Positions 42,943 through 53,467 of a DNA stretch of 64,000 bases are shown in pieces (within the stretch, counting starts at the first letter, position 1; each line of letters opens with the position of its first letter). The DNA is from Hyaloraphidium curvatum SAG 235-1 (Eukaryota; Fungi; Monoblepharomycota), in assembly GCA_025558095.1 (NCBI GenBank), contig JAIVFI010000041.1:1-64000 (forward strand), read 5' to 3'. The notes beneath the pieces are model-generated. The model ran no database searches. It was given only the letters and a program-made list of their open reading frames with translations, and was not told where the DNA came from. Made by a program: the position numbers and the translations under genes.

Positions 42943-43823
42943 TCACCACTTTCCGGTGTTGCCCATCGACTTCCACGGCTCCGCGGGTGCCAGCGGCGGC
43001 CCGTCCTGCAGCAGCTCGATCGAGATGTTGTCCGGCGACCTGCTCCCGGCCCGCGAACGATCAGCTTCCGCGCCACTGGGCGGCCGCGCGGGCACATGCC
43101 TGACGAAGGCCATCTTGCCGTCCCGCGGCGGCCGGTTGATCGTCACCCCGGCGTCCATGAGCTTCTGGCACGTCTCGTAGATGTTTGCCACGCTGCACCG
43201 CGGCGTCCGTCAGCCCACCGTCCACGGTGGCGCCCGCGGAGCGAACCTGTACGCGAGGTGCCCAAAGTTCCTGCCCTCGGTGTACCTTTCCGGCTCCGGA
43301 TCCGGGCTGCCCCGCACGTAAGCCCACCCTCCCCAACCCGACCGCGCAGAGGAACCCCACTAGTTGTACGTCAGCTCGATCTGCGCGTCCTCCTGCCCCT
43401 CGGGCGCCAGGAACACGAGGTCGTACTTGTGCTCGGGGCGCCGCGACTCGCGGACGATCTTGAGGCCGAGCTTGTTGACGTAAAAGTCGAGGGAGGCGTC
43501 GAGGTCCGCCACGCGGACCTGAGTGGGGGGAAAGGGGCGGGGGACGGGTGAGCTGGCTCGGCGTGGGGCCGGGAGGTAGGGCGATGGCGGGCTCAGGGGT
43601 TCGGGGCACGCGCCGGCACCATCTCCAGAGCAGGGGCCGCGACAACGACGCGTCCCTTGGCCTCCATCGCTCCTCCTGATGTCGCGAACCGCTCCCACGC
43701 CGGTTGCTCTCCGACGCGTCCCCCCGCCCTGCCCGCCACGATGCGGCCCGCGGACGCGCGCACCATCGTGTGGAGGTACCGCAGCTTCGGCTTGGAGGTT
43801 TCGGAGGTGCCGTTGGCGGCCAT
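42943..43823 (-). CDS. Glyoxalase I / lactoylglutathione lyase (single-domain, bacterial GloA-like VOC), about 5 exons
   Basis: [63 protein letters not shown]...[11 protein letters not shown]. Confidence 0.88.
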
Positions 43824-43859
43824 GTTGTCTGGTGGGGTGAGTTCGGGTGGCAAGGCCCG

Positions 43860-44500
43860 CTGGGACCTCGCTCCCTCGGACCTCTCCTGACCTGTTGCTG
43901 GGTGTCAAACTGTCCCTTCGGCCCTGCCGCAATGCACCAGTATTCTGGGAAGGTGTTCGATGCAAGAAGGACAGATCTGCGTTTGATGGACAGGTCGGAG
44001 AGGCAGGAGTCGGCGAGCACGCTTCCGACCTGTCACAACCTGTCCGTCTGTCAGCAACCTGTCCATTTGACCTTGCGGAAATGCAGCTATGTTCCGGCGA
44101 GGCAACCGGCACGAACCGGACAGGTCTTCGCGCGATGGACAGATCGGAGGGGCAACAGGCGTCGACGGCACCGTCGGACCTGTCCGTGACCTGTCCCTTC
44201 GGCGGCAACCTGTCCATCTAGTCCTGTCGTGACGCAGCGGTAGCTGCGCGGGGCTCTTAACGCGAAACGAACAAATCTGCCCGCGATGGACTGATCGGAA
44301 GGACAATAACAGTCCGTCGGTCACGGCACCTCGGACCTGTCAATCACCTGTCCTTCCGTCACCAACCTGTCCATTCGGTCCTGTCGTAGTTTAGGAATAT
44401 TCTGGCACGGCGGTCGATGCCAAACGGACAGGTCTGCGCCTGATGGACAGGTCAGAGGGGCGAGCGTCGTGATAGGCACGTCGACCGCTGACGTGTCGAT
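43860..44500. repeat. Degenerate ~150-bp tandem repeat (about 4 units) with internal inverted GGACAGGT/ACCTGTCC motifs
   Basis: Unit heads near 43970, 44118, 44270 and 44427 (rACAgrTCt..g..GATGGACaGrTCgGA.GGgC). Each is followed by GACCTGTC...ACCTGTCC...CAACCTGTCCAT. Confidence 0.85.
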
Positions 44501-44652
44501 CCCACTTCTCGCGCTCGACCTTTCCTGTTTCCCGCACACCAAGGCGGCTTCATGCCGTCCTCGACTCTAGACGAGCCGAGCTCCTTCGCGTCCTGACCCT
44601 CGGGCGCCGCCCGCACCTCTCAAAGGGATCGATCCCCCGCGAAACGCCAAAG

Positions 44653-47600
44653 ATGTCTGCCGCACCGGGCTCGCCGGGCCCCATGCCCGCCTCCGAGGCT
44701 CCGCACCGCGACTGCCCCGTCTGCCTCTCCCGCGTCCCCTCCGCGGACGGCGTGAGCTGCACCCGCGGGCACTTTGCGTGCGGGGGATGCTTCGCCGCCG
44801 CCATGGCGCTCCTCGCGCGGTCCCCCGGCGTGCTGGGCAGGAACCCCGGCGCGCTGTCGTGCTGCGACGCCTCGTGCGATGGTGGGACGTACGACGTCGG
44901 CCACGCGGTGGGGAGGCTCCCGACGGACGTGCTAGGCGAGCTGCTTGCGGGGGTGCTGGGCGTCATGGGGGACCGGGCGGGGCAGGCGGGGCAGCGGGGG
45001 GCGAATCCCGCGGCGCTGCCGCCGGATGCGGGCTTGGAGGCCATCCGCGATTACATTCAGGTGGGATGCCTCTGCTCTGCTGTTCTGGGGGTGCCCGTTT
45101 GCGCGTTGCTTATCCCCCGGTCCCCCGATCCCCCTCCGCGGCAGCTCAACATCCTCTCGTTCCCCTGCCCCGGCGGCTGCGGCCACGCGCACTTCAAGGT
45201 CGGCGGGTGCGAGGCCATGCGATGCCCGTCGTGCCACCGCTCCTACTGCTCGCTGTGCATGGTTGCTGTCCCCCGCGGCCACCTCCACGTGATCGAGGCG
45301 CACGGCGGCGGGTTCTTCCACCGCGAACGGTTCCATGAGGCGCGGAGGAGGGCGATCAAGCGGCAGCTGGTGGCTTTTCTGGTGGGCTTGGACCGGGAGG
45401 AGGCGTTCAAGGCGCGTGTGGTGGACGATCTGAGGGAGCACTTCGGGGGGGAGGTGGCCGCCGATTGGGATTTCGTGCGCTCGCGGATCGATCTCGGTTT
45501 GGATGCGGCGGCGTTGCCAGCGAGGAGGGTGGTGGTGGCGCTGCCGCCCGACGAGCCGCGCAGGCCGATGCGTGCCGAGGCCCCGCTGCTTCACCCTCCC
45601 CCGCCAAGGGCCCAGTTGCCTCTGCTACCTCCTCCCCCTCCGCGGGCTGAGGCCCAACCGCCTCGGCAGCCACGGTTCTTCCTCGACGCCGGGGCATTCA
45701 ACCGACCCGCAGAAGCCAACAGACGCGCTGGCGACAACGACCCCGCCCCGATCGCACCCCTCCCCGACCCCGCCGACGCGCACCCCGCTGACGTTCGCCG
45801 CCGAGTACGGTTCGCCGCCGCGCCCGCGATCCCCCTCGCCAACCCGCCCGCGCCCCGCCCCGATCCCGTCCGCGCGGCGGCCGACGCGCAGCTCCGCGCG
45901 GCGCACGAGGCCGCGCTGCGCAGGCAGGAAGCCCGGATGGCGGCCTGCCCGCAGCTCCGCATGCACGTCCCCGATCGCCTGGCCGACTTCCTCGCCCCCG
46001 ACGCCCCGGTTCCCCCTGCCGAGGGGCTGCTGTCAGGGGCGGCGGGGATGGTCGCGGAGCTCGCGGCGCTGGTACGGGGGGCGCTGAGGGACGAGGGGGT
46101 CTGGGAGATGCTGGGGAGGCCGGCGGTGGCGGAGCTCTGGGGGAGGATCGGGCACTGGAGGGAGAGGGTGGAGGCGGCGCTGCCGCCCGGACCAGCCGAT
46201 AGGCCTGCCGTTCGTGCGGACGGGGCAAGGCTGCGATCGGCGCTGAGGAATGCCGGGGTGCCCGATCTCGTTCCCCCTCCGGTGGCTGACGCAGCGATCG
46301 CCGCCGCACCCGCCCCTTCGGACGTTCCCGTGCCTGCCGCCCCGCCGCTCGGCACCGTCGGCGCCGCCCTCCTCCTCGCGGACGCCGCCTCCGTGACGGT
46401 GCGCGACGACGCCCTCCGCGCCGCCCTGCGCTCCGGCACCCCGCTCCGCCGCGACCAGATCACCGCCGCCTCGGGGGGGTTCCGCGCCGGCGACCCCGTG
46501 CGCGTGCTCGTCCCCCGCGGGGCTTTGGAGGTGCTGCGCGCGGTGGGCGTGGCGCGGTGCTCGGCCGACGAGGCGGTTCCCAAGGGGACGAGGGATGCGA
46601 TTGCGATGGAGGAGCCCGCGGTGGACCAGCTGGCCGCTCATCTGGCCGGGCGGGAACCGCCCCTCGCGGAATTCCGCGCGCAGTCGGACGAGGAGTGGCG
46701 CCGCATCCTCGCCTACGGGGCCTCGCTCGCCCGGGGCAGCGACTCGGCGGCGGTCCGCGAGGTGGTTCCCCTCCTGGCCGGCCGCGAGGGCGTGCCGCCC
46801 GATCGGGAGGGCTTCATCGCACACCTCCGCCGGGAGGGTCTGACGGTCCCCACGTTCGGGGAGGAAGGCGAGGTTTGGAACTTCCTCGCGGCGTGCGCGC
46901 CCGCTTTGGCGTTGCGCGGGGGGATGGATGCCGGCGGTGGGGTGCTGGGGAGGATGATGGCGGCGACGAGAAGGAGGGAGCAGCACCGCGCCGCGTATGC
47001 GAGGCTGATGGAGCGGCTGGATGCGGATATGAGGTCGGCGCCGGTGCCGATCGGGAGGAACGCCGTGAGGGTGGACGTGATACTGGGGATGAACGCGGAG
47101 CAGAGGGCGCTGGGGGACAGGTCGTACCATTTGCAGGCCTACGGGAACGACGTGCTGGGGAACCTGGTGCTGGCGTACGTGTTTTGGGCGAGGCTGCGGG
47201 CGATCGCGACTCCACGCGTGAGATCTGGCCACCAGGTGCGTCTTTCCTGGATCCAGATGATTGAAAATATGGTGCTCACACTCCCATGCCACCAATTTGC
47301 GCAGCTGGTCGACGAAGAAGGCGGATCCGAGGCCCTCCTTCGCATCGGCTACCAGAACGCCCTCGCCCGCGCCCTCCACGCCTCCCCCTTGCCCCCCGCC
47401 GACCTCGCCCGCATCGAAGCTGCCTTTGTGGAGATGCATGCCTCCCAGGCCCGCATCGTCTCGGACGCTCCCGCGGGTCCTGTGGGCCGGCAGCACCTCG
47501 CGCGGGACTCGCACGCGATCGAGGCGGCGTTCCGCCGGGCCGGGGATCGCGAGGCGCTGGCGCGGGTGCTGGAAGCCAGGACGGCGGAGCTGGAGCTGTG

Positions 47601-47694
47601 GTCGCGCGAGGGGGAGTTCTGGCCGCGGCCGGGGGACAGGGTAGAGGTGTTTGGGCTGGGGAACGGGAGGGCGATACGGTTCGAGCACAGGTGA
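44653..47694 (+). CDS. RING1/Rcat (RBR-like) zinc-finger protein fused to a PUA-like domain; in-frame introns 45061-45144 and about 47236-47304
   Basis: CPVC..SCTRGHFACGGC..CCDASC, then CPGGC..GGCEAMRCPSCHRSYCSLC..HLH, then VRDDALRAALRSGTPLRRDQITAASGGFRAGDPVRVL..AVGVARCSADE. Confidence 0.7.
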   Translation: MSAAPGSPGPMPASEAPHRDCPVCLSRVPSADGVSCTRGHFACGGCFAAAMALLARSPGVLGRNPGALSCCDASCDGGTYDVGHAVGRLPTDVLGELLAGVLGVMGDRAGQAGQRGANPAALPPDAGLEAIRDYIQVGCLCSAVLGVPVCALLIPRSPDPPPRQLNILSFPCPGGCGHAHFKVGGCEAMRCPSCHRSYCSLCMVAVPRGHLHVIEAHGGGFFHRERFHEARRRAIKRQLVAFLVGLDREEAFKARVVDDLREHFGGEVAADWDFVRSRIDLGLDAAALPARRVVVALPPDEPRRPMRAEAPLLHPPPPRAQLPLLPPPPPRAEAQPPRQPRFFLDAGAFNRPAEANRRAGDNDPAPIAPLPDPADAHPADVRRRVRFAAAPAIPLANPPAPRPDPVRAAADAQLRAAHEAALRRQEARMAACPQLRMHVPDRLADFLAPDAPVPPAEGLLSGAAGMVAELAALVRGALRDEGVWEMLGRPAVAELWGRIGHWRERVEAALPPGPADRPAVRADGARLRSALRNAGVPDLVPPPVADAAIAAAPAPSDVPVPAAPPLGTVGAALLLADAASVTVRDDALRAALRSGTPLRRDQITAASGGFRAGDPVRVLVPRGALEVLRAVGVARCSADEAVPKGTRDAIAMEEPAVDQLAAHLAGREPPLAEFRAQSDEEWRRILAYGASLARGSDSAAVREVVPLLAGREGVPPDREGFIAHLRREGLTVPTFGEEGEVWNFLAACAPALALRGGMDAGGGVLGRMMAATRRREQHRAAYARLMERLDADMRSAPVPIGRNAVRVDVILGMNAEQRALGDRSYHLQAYGNDVLGNLVLAYVFWARLRAIATPRVRSGHQVRLSWIQMIENMVLTLPCHQFAQLVDEEGGSEALLRIGYQNALARALHASPLPPADLARIEAAFVEMHASQARIVSDAPAGPVGRQHLARDSHAIEAAFRRAGDREALARVLEARTAELELWSREGEFWPRPGDRVEVFGLGNGRAIRFEHR

Positions 47695-47913
47695 AGGGTC
47701 GGTCGGGCGGGGACCTTGCTAGTGACCATCGTCACCTTTAGAAGTAATATGGGACTATTGGCCGTACGCCTCCCTGATGGCCGATGGAAAGCCCGAGTGG
47801 ACCCATCGACGATCCACTGCCAGAAACCCGCCCGGTCAGGGTTCGTTTAAGCGGCCACCCTTCCCGCCCCGGGCGCAACACGGCCACCTCTCTCCTGCCG
47901 CGTGCCTCACGCA

Positions 47914-49488
47914 ATGCGCCGCCTGCCGCTCCTCCTCCTTTTCTGCGCTGCCGGCGCCGCGTGCGGCCCGCGGGGCGCCGCGGCGCAAGTGCCCAACCCG
48001 CCGTGGGCCCCGTCGCTCATGGCGTTCGAGCACTACGACTCGGGCCGCACGCACCTCTTTGCCCAGGCGGCCTTCGGCGGCGACGTCAACGGCACAAACG
48101 CGACCAACGCCGTCGCCTCGCGCCCCTTCCAGCCCGGCATGCCCACACCGCCCACGCCGTACAACGTCGTCTACGCGGACAACTCCAGCATCATCGTCTA
48201 CGGCGGGAGCTACGGCGACGCCGGCGGTACCGGCGCGTTCCTGGCCCGCGTCGACGCCGCCACCCTGGCCACCGTCTGGGTCCGCCCGCTGATCAACGCG
48301 ACCGCGGCGGGCATATGGAACTACCCCGGCGTTGTCAGCCTGCTCGAAAGCGGCGTGCTCAACGTGATCTACGGCGTTCAGGTGGCCAACTTGAACTACA
48401 CCGACGGCGCCATTCTGGCCGGCCCGGCGACCCTGCCTTCGCTCCAACTGCCACAGTACTCTGCCTACAACGGCAACAACGGGTTCCCCGGCGGCCCGCT
48501 GGTCGCCAAGACCATCTCCATCGAGGCCGGCTGCACGGCCCAGGGGTTCACTGCCCTCTTGCAGTGCCCCGACACGCAGAACCCCTCGCTCATCGTAGCC
48601 TACGACCGCGACAGCCTCAACCTGCTAGCGCGGTACAACGCCAGCCAGATGATCGGGGGCAGGCTGACCGCCACCGTACTCGGGGGCAGGAAGCTGATGT
48701 ACGTGGCCGAGAGCACCCGGCTGACGCGGCTGGAGTACGTCGACGGCCCGGAACCGACGATCAGGGAGGACCGGAGCTGGGGCCCCGTGCGGTACGTCGA
48801 GCCCGGTAGCGGGCAGCAGCTCGCCTCGGCCCCCGTCGTGGGCGGCGACTGGGTATTCGCGCAGACCAACGCACTCCCCGCGGTCGCCAACGGCACGGAC
48901 CCGTACCTGACCGTGATCGCGGTGAACCAGAACAACGCCTCGCTGGTGCTCAAATCCCAGCCCTTCCGGGACCTGCCCACGGGCTCCCGCGGCTTCTTCA
49001 GCTTCGCCCCCAGCAGCGTGTCGGCGGACCCCGAGGACTCGGCGGTGTTCGCGCTGGACTACGGGCCCGGGTACTGGGCCAAGCTCCGCGTCGCCGGCAC
49101 GCCCCCGCAGCTGCAGGTCGTCTGGCGCGTGTCGCAGCCCTCGCTCGAGTTCATCACCGTGTTCGGGCCCAGCGTCGCGCAGCGGGTGCTCGCGGGGACC
49201 GAGTACAACGCCAACGCCACGCTCAACAGGATCGTGTACCGCAGGTCGTCGGACGGCGTCGCGATCGCGCAGTCGGACTACCTGCCTCGGGTGTCGAGCG
49301 GAACCCTGGTGTCGCCGGGGTACGGGGGGAAGACCTACGTGCTGGGCAGCACGGGGCTGTACGAGCTGCAGACCTCGGGGAGGGCCGTGACGACGACCAC
49401 CAGGCCGTCGGGGGCGGTGGGGAGGGGGTCGGGGTGGGCGCTGGCGGGTGCGGTGCTGGCGGCGGCGATGGCAATGGCTGGGGCGTGA
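47914..49488 (+). CDS. Secreted, probably GPI-anchored beta-rich glycoprotein, intronless
   Basis: Signal peptide, many NxS/T sequons, Thr-rich stalk, hydrophobic C-terminal tail. Confidence 0.75.
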   Translation: MRRLPLLLLFCAAGAACGPRGAAAQVPNPPWAPSLMAFEHYDSGRTHLFAQAAFGGDVNGTNATNAVASRPFQPGMPTPPTPYNVVYADNSSIIVYGGSYGDAGGTGAFLARVDAATLATVWVRPLINATAAGIWNYPGVVSLLESGVLNVIYGVQVANLNYTDGAILAGPATLPSLQLPQYSAYNGNNGFPGGPLVAKTISIEAGCTAQGFTALLQCPDTQNPSLIVAYDRDSLNLLARYNASQMIGGRLTATVLGGRKLMYVAESTRLTRLEYVDGPEPTIREDRSWGPVRYVEPGSGQQLASAPVVGGDWVFAQTNALPAVANGTDPYLTVIAVNQNNASLVLKSQPFRDLPTGSRGFFSFAPSSVSADPEDSAVFALDYGPGYWAKLRVAGTPPQLQVVWRVSQPSLEFITVFGPSVAQRVLAGTEYNANATLNRIVYRRSSDGVAIAQSDYLPRVSSGTLVSPGYGGKTYVLGSTGLYELQTSGRAVTTTTRPSGAVGRGSGWALAGAVLAAAMAMAGA

Positions 49489-49567
49489 GGGCGATTCAGT
49501 CAAGAGGGCGCATCTGAAGGCCTCGAATCACATCCATTTTAGATCATCAATCCGGAGCACGTACACG

Positions 49568-51150
49568 TCACGACCTGAATCCCCCGCACACGTTGTCCGC
49601 CGTCACGTAGACCCCCAGCCCCCTCAGGATCCCAAACAGCCCCACGCCGACCGTCAGCACCGTCGCCGCCACGGTCCTCACCACGCCCATGGTCACCGGC
49701 ACCCCCGCGAACGTCGCCTTGAGCCTCTCTGCGCCGTCGAGCGCGGAACCGAGCTCGCGCTCCCGGTCCAGCAGCTCGTCGCGGAGCGCCGGGGAGCGCG
49801 GGCCGAGGCGGAGGAGGAGGCTGCGGACGTGCGAGCGCGCGGCAAAATGCAGGGAGGAGATCGAGTCCACGTGGGCGTTGGCACGGGCAACGTGGACGAG
49901 GTCGATTAGGGCGAGGAGGATGAAGCAGAGGAGGGGGAGGAAGGTGTAGGCGGGGAGGCAGCCGCTTCCGGCGATGTAGATCAGGGAGGTGACGACCTCG
50001 ATGAAGACGGCGATCAGGGAGGTGTTCCGGGCGGTGAGGTACGTGGTGAAGCGGAGGCGGAGGACGGGGGCAAGTGCGCGGAGAAGGGTGGGGTGCAGGT
50101 CGTCCGCAGGGCCGACGAGCTCAGGGTCGGCCGCGGGGTGTCTCTCTGGGAGAAGACCATGTCCACGGCCGCGTCGAGCCGGTCGACCAGTGTTGCCAAG
50201 GCGAGGGAAAAGGCGCGGTGCTGCAGGCGCGCCTCTATGGCGATCAGGGCCAGGCTGGGAGTGAGTCGGGCGTAGATGGGCGCCAGGAAATTGAACGAGA
50301 CGGCAGACAGGAGGAAAAAGGCGGCGACGGACGCACTCCAAGCGGTATGCCACGTGTATCCAGCGAGCGTGACGAATGCCGTGTAGCCCGTGAGGAAGTT
50401 GTAGCTGGCAATGCAAAATAGCCCCCAAAAGACCGCCGTCAGGACGGTGAGGGAGGCCGCTCGCGCCGGCTCGCGCCCGAGGCAACCTTGACGGATGCAG
50501 GGGCATTGTGGGTCGCGCGGGTCGTGCGCCAGGAGCGGCCCATCTGGGTTGCTGGCCGACGCGAGCTGCAGCCAGCGAGCTTTCTGAGCGAGCTCGGAGG
50601 CATCCAAGACCGCGGGATCCCCCCCGACATCCTCTTGTCCATCCTCAGTCGCGTTCTTTGTCGACTGGCTGCCGGCCACGCCTTCTGCGGCGTCTTTGCC
50701 CTCGGCCCCGTTCCCAACGTACTTCGCAGTTTGCCGCCGCGACAGCAGCCCCGTGTACGCCACCGACCCCCACCACGCCAGCGTCTGGAAGGCGTAGGCG
50801 ACGGTGGCAACGGCGAGGTCCCTCCCCGTGAACGAGATCGGCCCCGCAGCGCTGGCGGCGAATGGGATCGCGACCACCGGAATCTGGGCGAAAGTCTTCA
50901 CGAAGTAGTGAATCTCCGCCACGCGTGCGTGGCGCCGACAAAGAGGCGGACTTGTTCGACGCGCCGCAGCGCCTGAGACGGCGCCGAAGAGAGCAGCGAC
51001 AGCAGGCGGGCCGCGGTGAGGGGATCCGCGCGGCGCGCCTTCTCCGCCGGGTCGGGCGGCGGGCGAGCCGACGCCCACGGCAGCGGCGGTTCCACAGGTG
51101 GGCGGGCAGGCAGCAAGGCAAGCCATTCGAGCTCCGAAAGGGCGGCCATG
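49568..51150 (-). pseudogene. Second copy of the multi-pass membrane family, with two frameshifts (about 50930 and 50130)
   Basis: Homology to 37653-39236 is split over three ORFs (50898-51200, 50014-51126, 49568-50506): ELEWLALLP..ADPL, HDPRDPQCPCIRQGC, and KATFAGVPVTMGVVRT. Confidence 0.7.
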
Positions 51151-51151
51151 A

Positions 51152-52201
51152 GGCAGCGGGGAACGGCTCCCGAGGACGATTGCCTCCCCGACCCAGCCAT
51201 CCTTCTACAGAAACAAGTTCCTGCTTCCGCTCCTCGCAGAGACGCTTTGGCTGGATGTGATGGACGCGCGGAAATGGAACCCGCTGCAGGGTTTCTTCGC
51301 CCGGTTTTTCGCAGACGACAAGGTACCCTTCGTCAAACGTCTCATTGTGAACTACCGCGACACCCACACGGACTTGGGCAGCGTCTCGGACCTGATCCCT
51401 GCCCTTCCAATACTGGAAGAATGCCCCCTGGCCCTGCGGCCGCGGGTGCCGGCGGACCGCTCCCGCCCCCGGATGGCTTCCTGGATCGACGGGCTACAGC
51501 ACCTCGGCCCGCTGTCGTCCTCCACGCTGCGGTGCCTCACCTAGGAGGTAGCCAGCGGTCGCCCGTTACCCGGCGCCTTCGCCCTGCATCTCCCGAACCT
51601 GGAGGCTTTCTCGGGCGACGGCTTCCCCGACCCGCAGTTGCTCGCTGCCCTACGCGCCGGATGCCCACGGCTGGGGCGCGTCCGCATCGCTTCCTTGCGC
51701 TCCCGCCCGAGCAAGCCGGACGTCTTTGAGGGCGATGACGCCCGCTGGTTGCTCGAGAGGATCCGCGACGTGGCTTCGGAGGGCGCGGATGCGTTGGCGA
51801 ACCTCCTCCGGTATCCGATGGCCAACCCCGAGCGCGTGGAACTGGCGTGCGCGGCCTCGGACGGGCTCTTGGACCTTCTGGTGCCCAAGCAGTCCCTCCA
51901 GACGATCGTACTGGGCTCGGCGAGCTCGCGCCTCTTCCTCCGCCCGCTTCCTCTTTCCCTGAGCTTCATCAAAATCACGGGGTCGCTGAAGTTGCACCTC
52001 CAGACTGGCGAGGAACGGGAGGCCGCGTTTGTTACCCTGCGCGGCCTCGCCCGCCTGAAGGCATTGCTGGTCGCCCGCCTGGACAGGGACAACCGCTGGG
52101 ATTGGGATGGGGGCGCCGAGTTCCGGATGTGGGAAGGGCTGCAGCTGCCTGGGGTGTTTGTGCGGACCGATTACCGTGATTCGCGGCCGGTTTTGGACTA
52201 G
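51152..52201 (+). pseudogene. LRR/F-box-associated-like gene relic with in-frame TAG at 51542-51544 and no clear start
   Basis: ORFs 51257-51544 and 51638-52201 share one frame: LRCLT*EVASGRPLPGAFALHLPNLEAFSG..LRAGCPRL. Confidence 0.55.
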
Positions 52202-52285
52202 TCATGACGACAGTTCACGACGACAAGAGCGGGCGTGCTGCGGACGTGCTCGAAAACAATCTCTGTTGGAAACGCCGGCCACGAA

Positions 52286-53467
52286 TCAGAACAGGCAGTA
52301 ATCCTCCAGCACCATGCAGAAATCCCCCAGCATCCCGTCGTCCTCCCCGTCCCCGTCCCCCTCCGAACCCTCGGACCGGCCGCTTGCCTGCGCATCCGCA
52401 TTCTCCGCGTCAAGCGCTGACAGTAGCGAGGCGATGGGGACCAGCGCGAACCCGTGCTCTGCGGCGACCATCCTGGCCTCCTCGAGGGTCATGCTGTACT
52501 GCGGGGAAGGGGGCGAAGGAGGCTGTGGATGAGCGGATGGCTCAGCGTGTGCAGGGTAGCGGGCTCCGATAAGGCCCACCATGACGGCCGGAGCAGTGGC
52601 GTCGAGCCCGTCGAAGGCCAGGTCGATCGCGTCCGAGAGGGCCCGATCGGCGGACGGCGGGGAGCCTTGGATTGCCGGGGGGAGCAGCTCGATCCCGCAG
52701 CTGAGCGCCAGCTCGCGGAACTCCTCGTCCGAGACGAAATGGGCGGAAGCGGGCAGGGGAGGCAGGTCGATCTCGGGCTTTGCTCGGTCAGCGAAAGTCG
52801 GGCGATCGGAGCCGTTTCGACCTACCTCGGCTTCGGGAAGCAGCACAGCATCCGGAGTCGACCGGTTCGGTCCGTCGGGAACAGCAGGCAGCTCGGGGAA
52901 CGAAGGAACGGAAGAGACAGGGGTGGGCAGGCCGGCAGCGTCGAACGACCCGTGCGGGGCGGAGAAGGCCGGGGAGGGAGAAGGGGAAGGGAGGGTGCCT
53001 CTGGCGGCGCCGAACGCGCTCGCAGGTATCGACACCGTCAGGTGGGCTCGCGCGGGGGGTGCGGAGTGGCTGCGCCCGGCTGGGGCGAGCGAGACCGTGG
53101 TCGGGAAGCCGAGGGAGCCCGGTCCGTCCGTGAGAGGTAATCCGGTCGGCTGACCGCGCATCGGAGACAACGCGCCGGCCCTCGCGGCGGCCGCGACCGC
53201 CTTGGTCGTCTTCGCCGGACGCCCCAAACCGGCCTTCTTGACCCCGCCCGCCTCGGTCCTGCCGCCCTTCTTGATCTGCTTCCGCGAGGCCCCACCACCC
53301 GGAGCGTCGGGTGAAGATGACTCCAGGGTGGGCTTCGGGTCGTCGCGCTTGGGCCTGGGGAAGGCGCTGCGCAGGACCATCTGCTTGGGCTCGAAGGGGA
53401 CGGCCGCGGCGGGGCGGGGAGCACCTGGTCCAATCGGCGCCGTCATCGTGACTTCCTGATGCAGCAT
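52286..53467 (-). CDS. Hypothetical low-complexity/disordered protein
   Basis: Long ORF with ATGs near 53446-53467, a basic patch and an acidic C-terminus. No recognisable domain. Confidence 0.35.
   Translation of the reverse strand: MLHQEVTMTAPIGPGAPRPAAAVPFEPKQMVLRSAFPRPKRDDPKPTLESSSPDAPGGGASRKQIKKGGRTEAGGVKKAGLGRPAKTTKAVAAAARAGALSPMRGQPTGLPLTDGPGSLGFPTTVSLAPAGRSHSAPPARAHLTVSIPASAFGAARGTLPSPSPSPAFSAPHGSFDAAGLPTPVSSVPSFPELPAVPDGPNRSTPDAVLLPEAEVGRNGSDRPTFADRAKPEIDLPPLPASAHFVSDEEFRELALSCGIELLPPAIQGSPPSADRALSDAIDLAFDGLDATAPAVMVGLIGARYPAHAEPSAHPQPPSPPSPQYSMTLEEARMVAAEHGFALVPIASLLSALDAENADAQASGRSEGSEGDGDGEDDGMLGDFCMVLEDYCLF

Noticed and set aside
43860-44500. CRISPR array
   Set aside because: Units are ~150 bp and degenerate along their whole length, with no identical short repeats or unique spacers. 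There are no cas genes and the context is eukaryotic.
51542-51544. In-frame TAG as recoding (pyrrolysine or readthrough)
   Set aside because: The gene also lacks a start, other genes here use TAG as a normal stop, and the neighbouring gene is decayed. A nonsense mutation is simpler.
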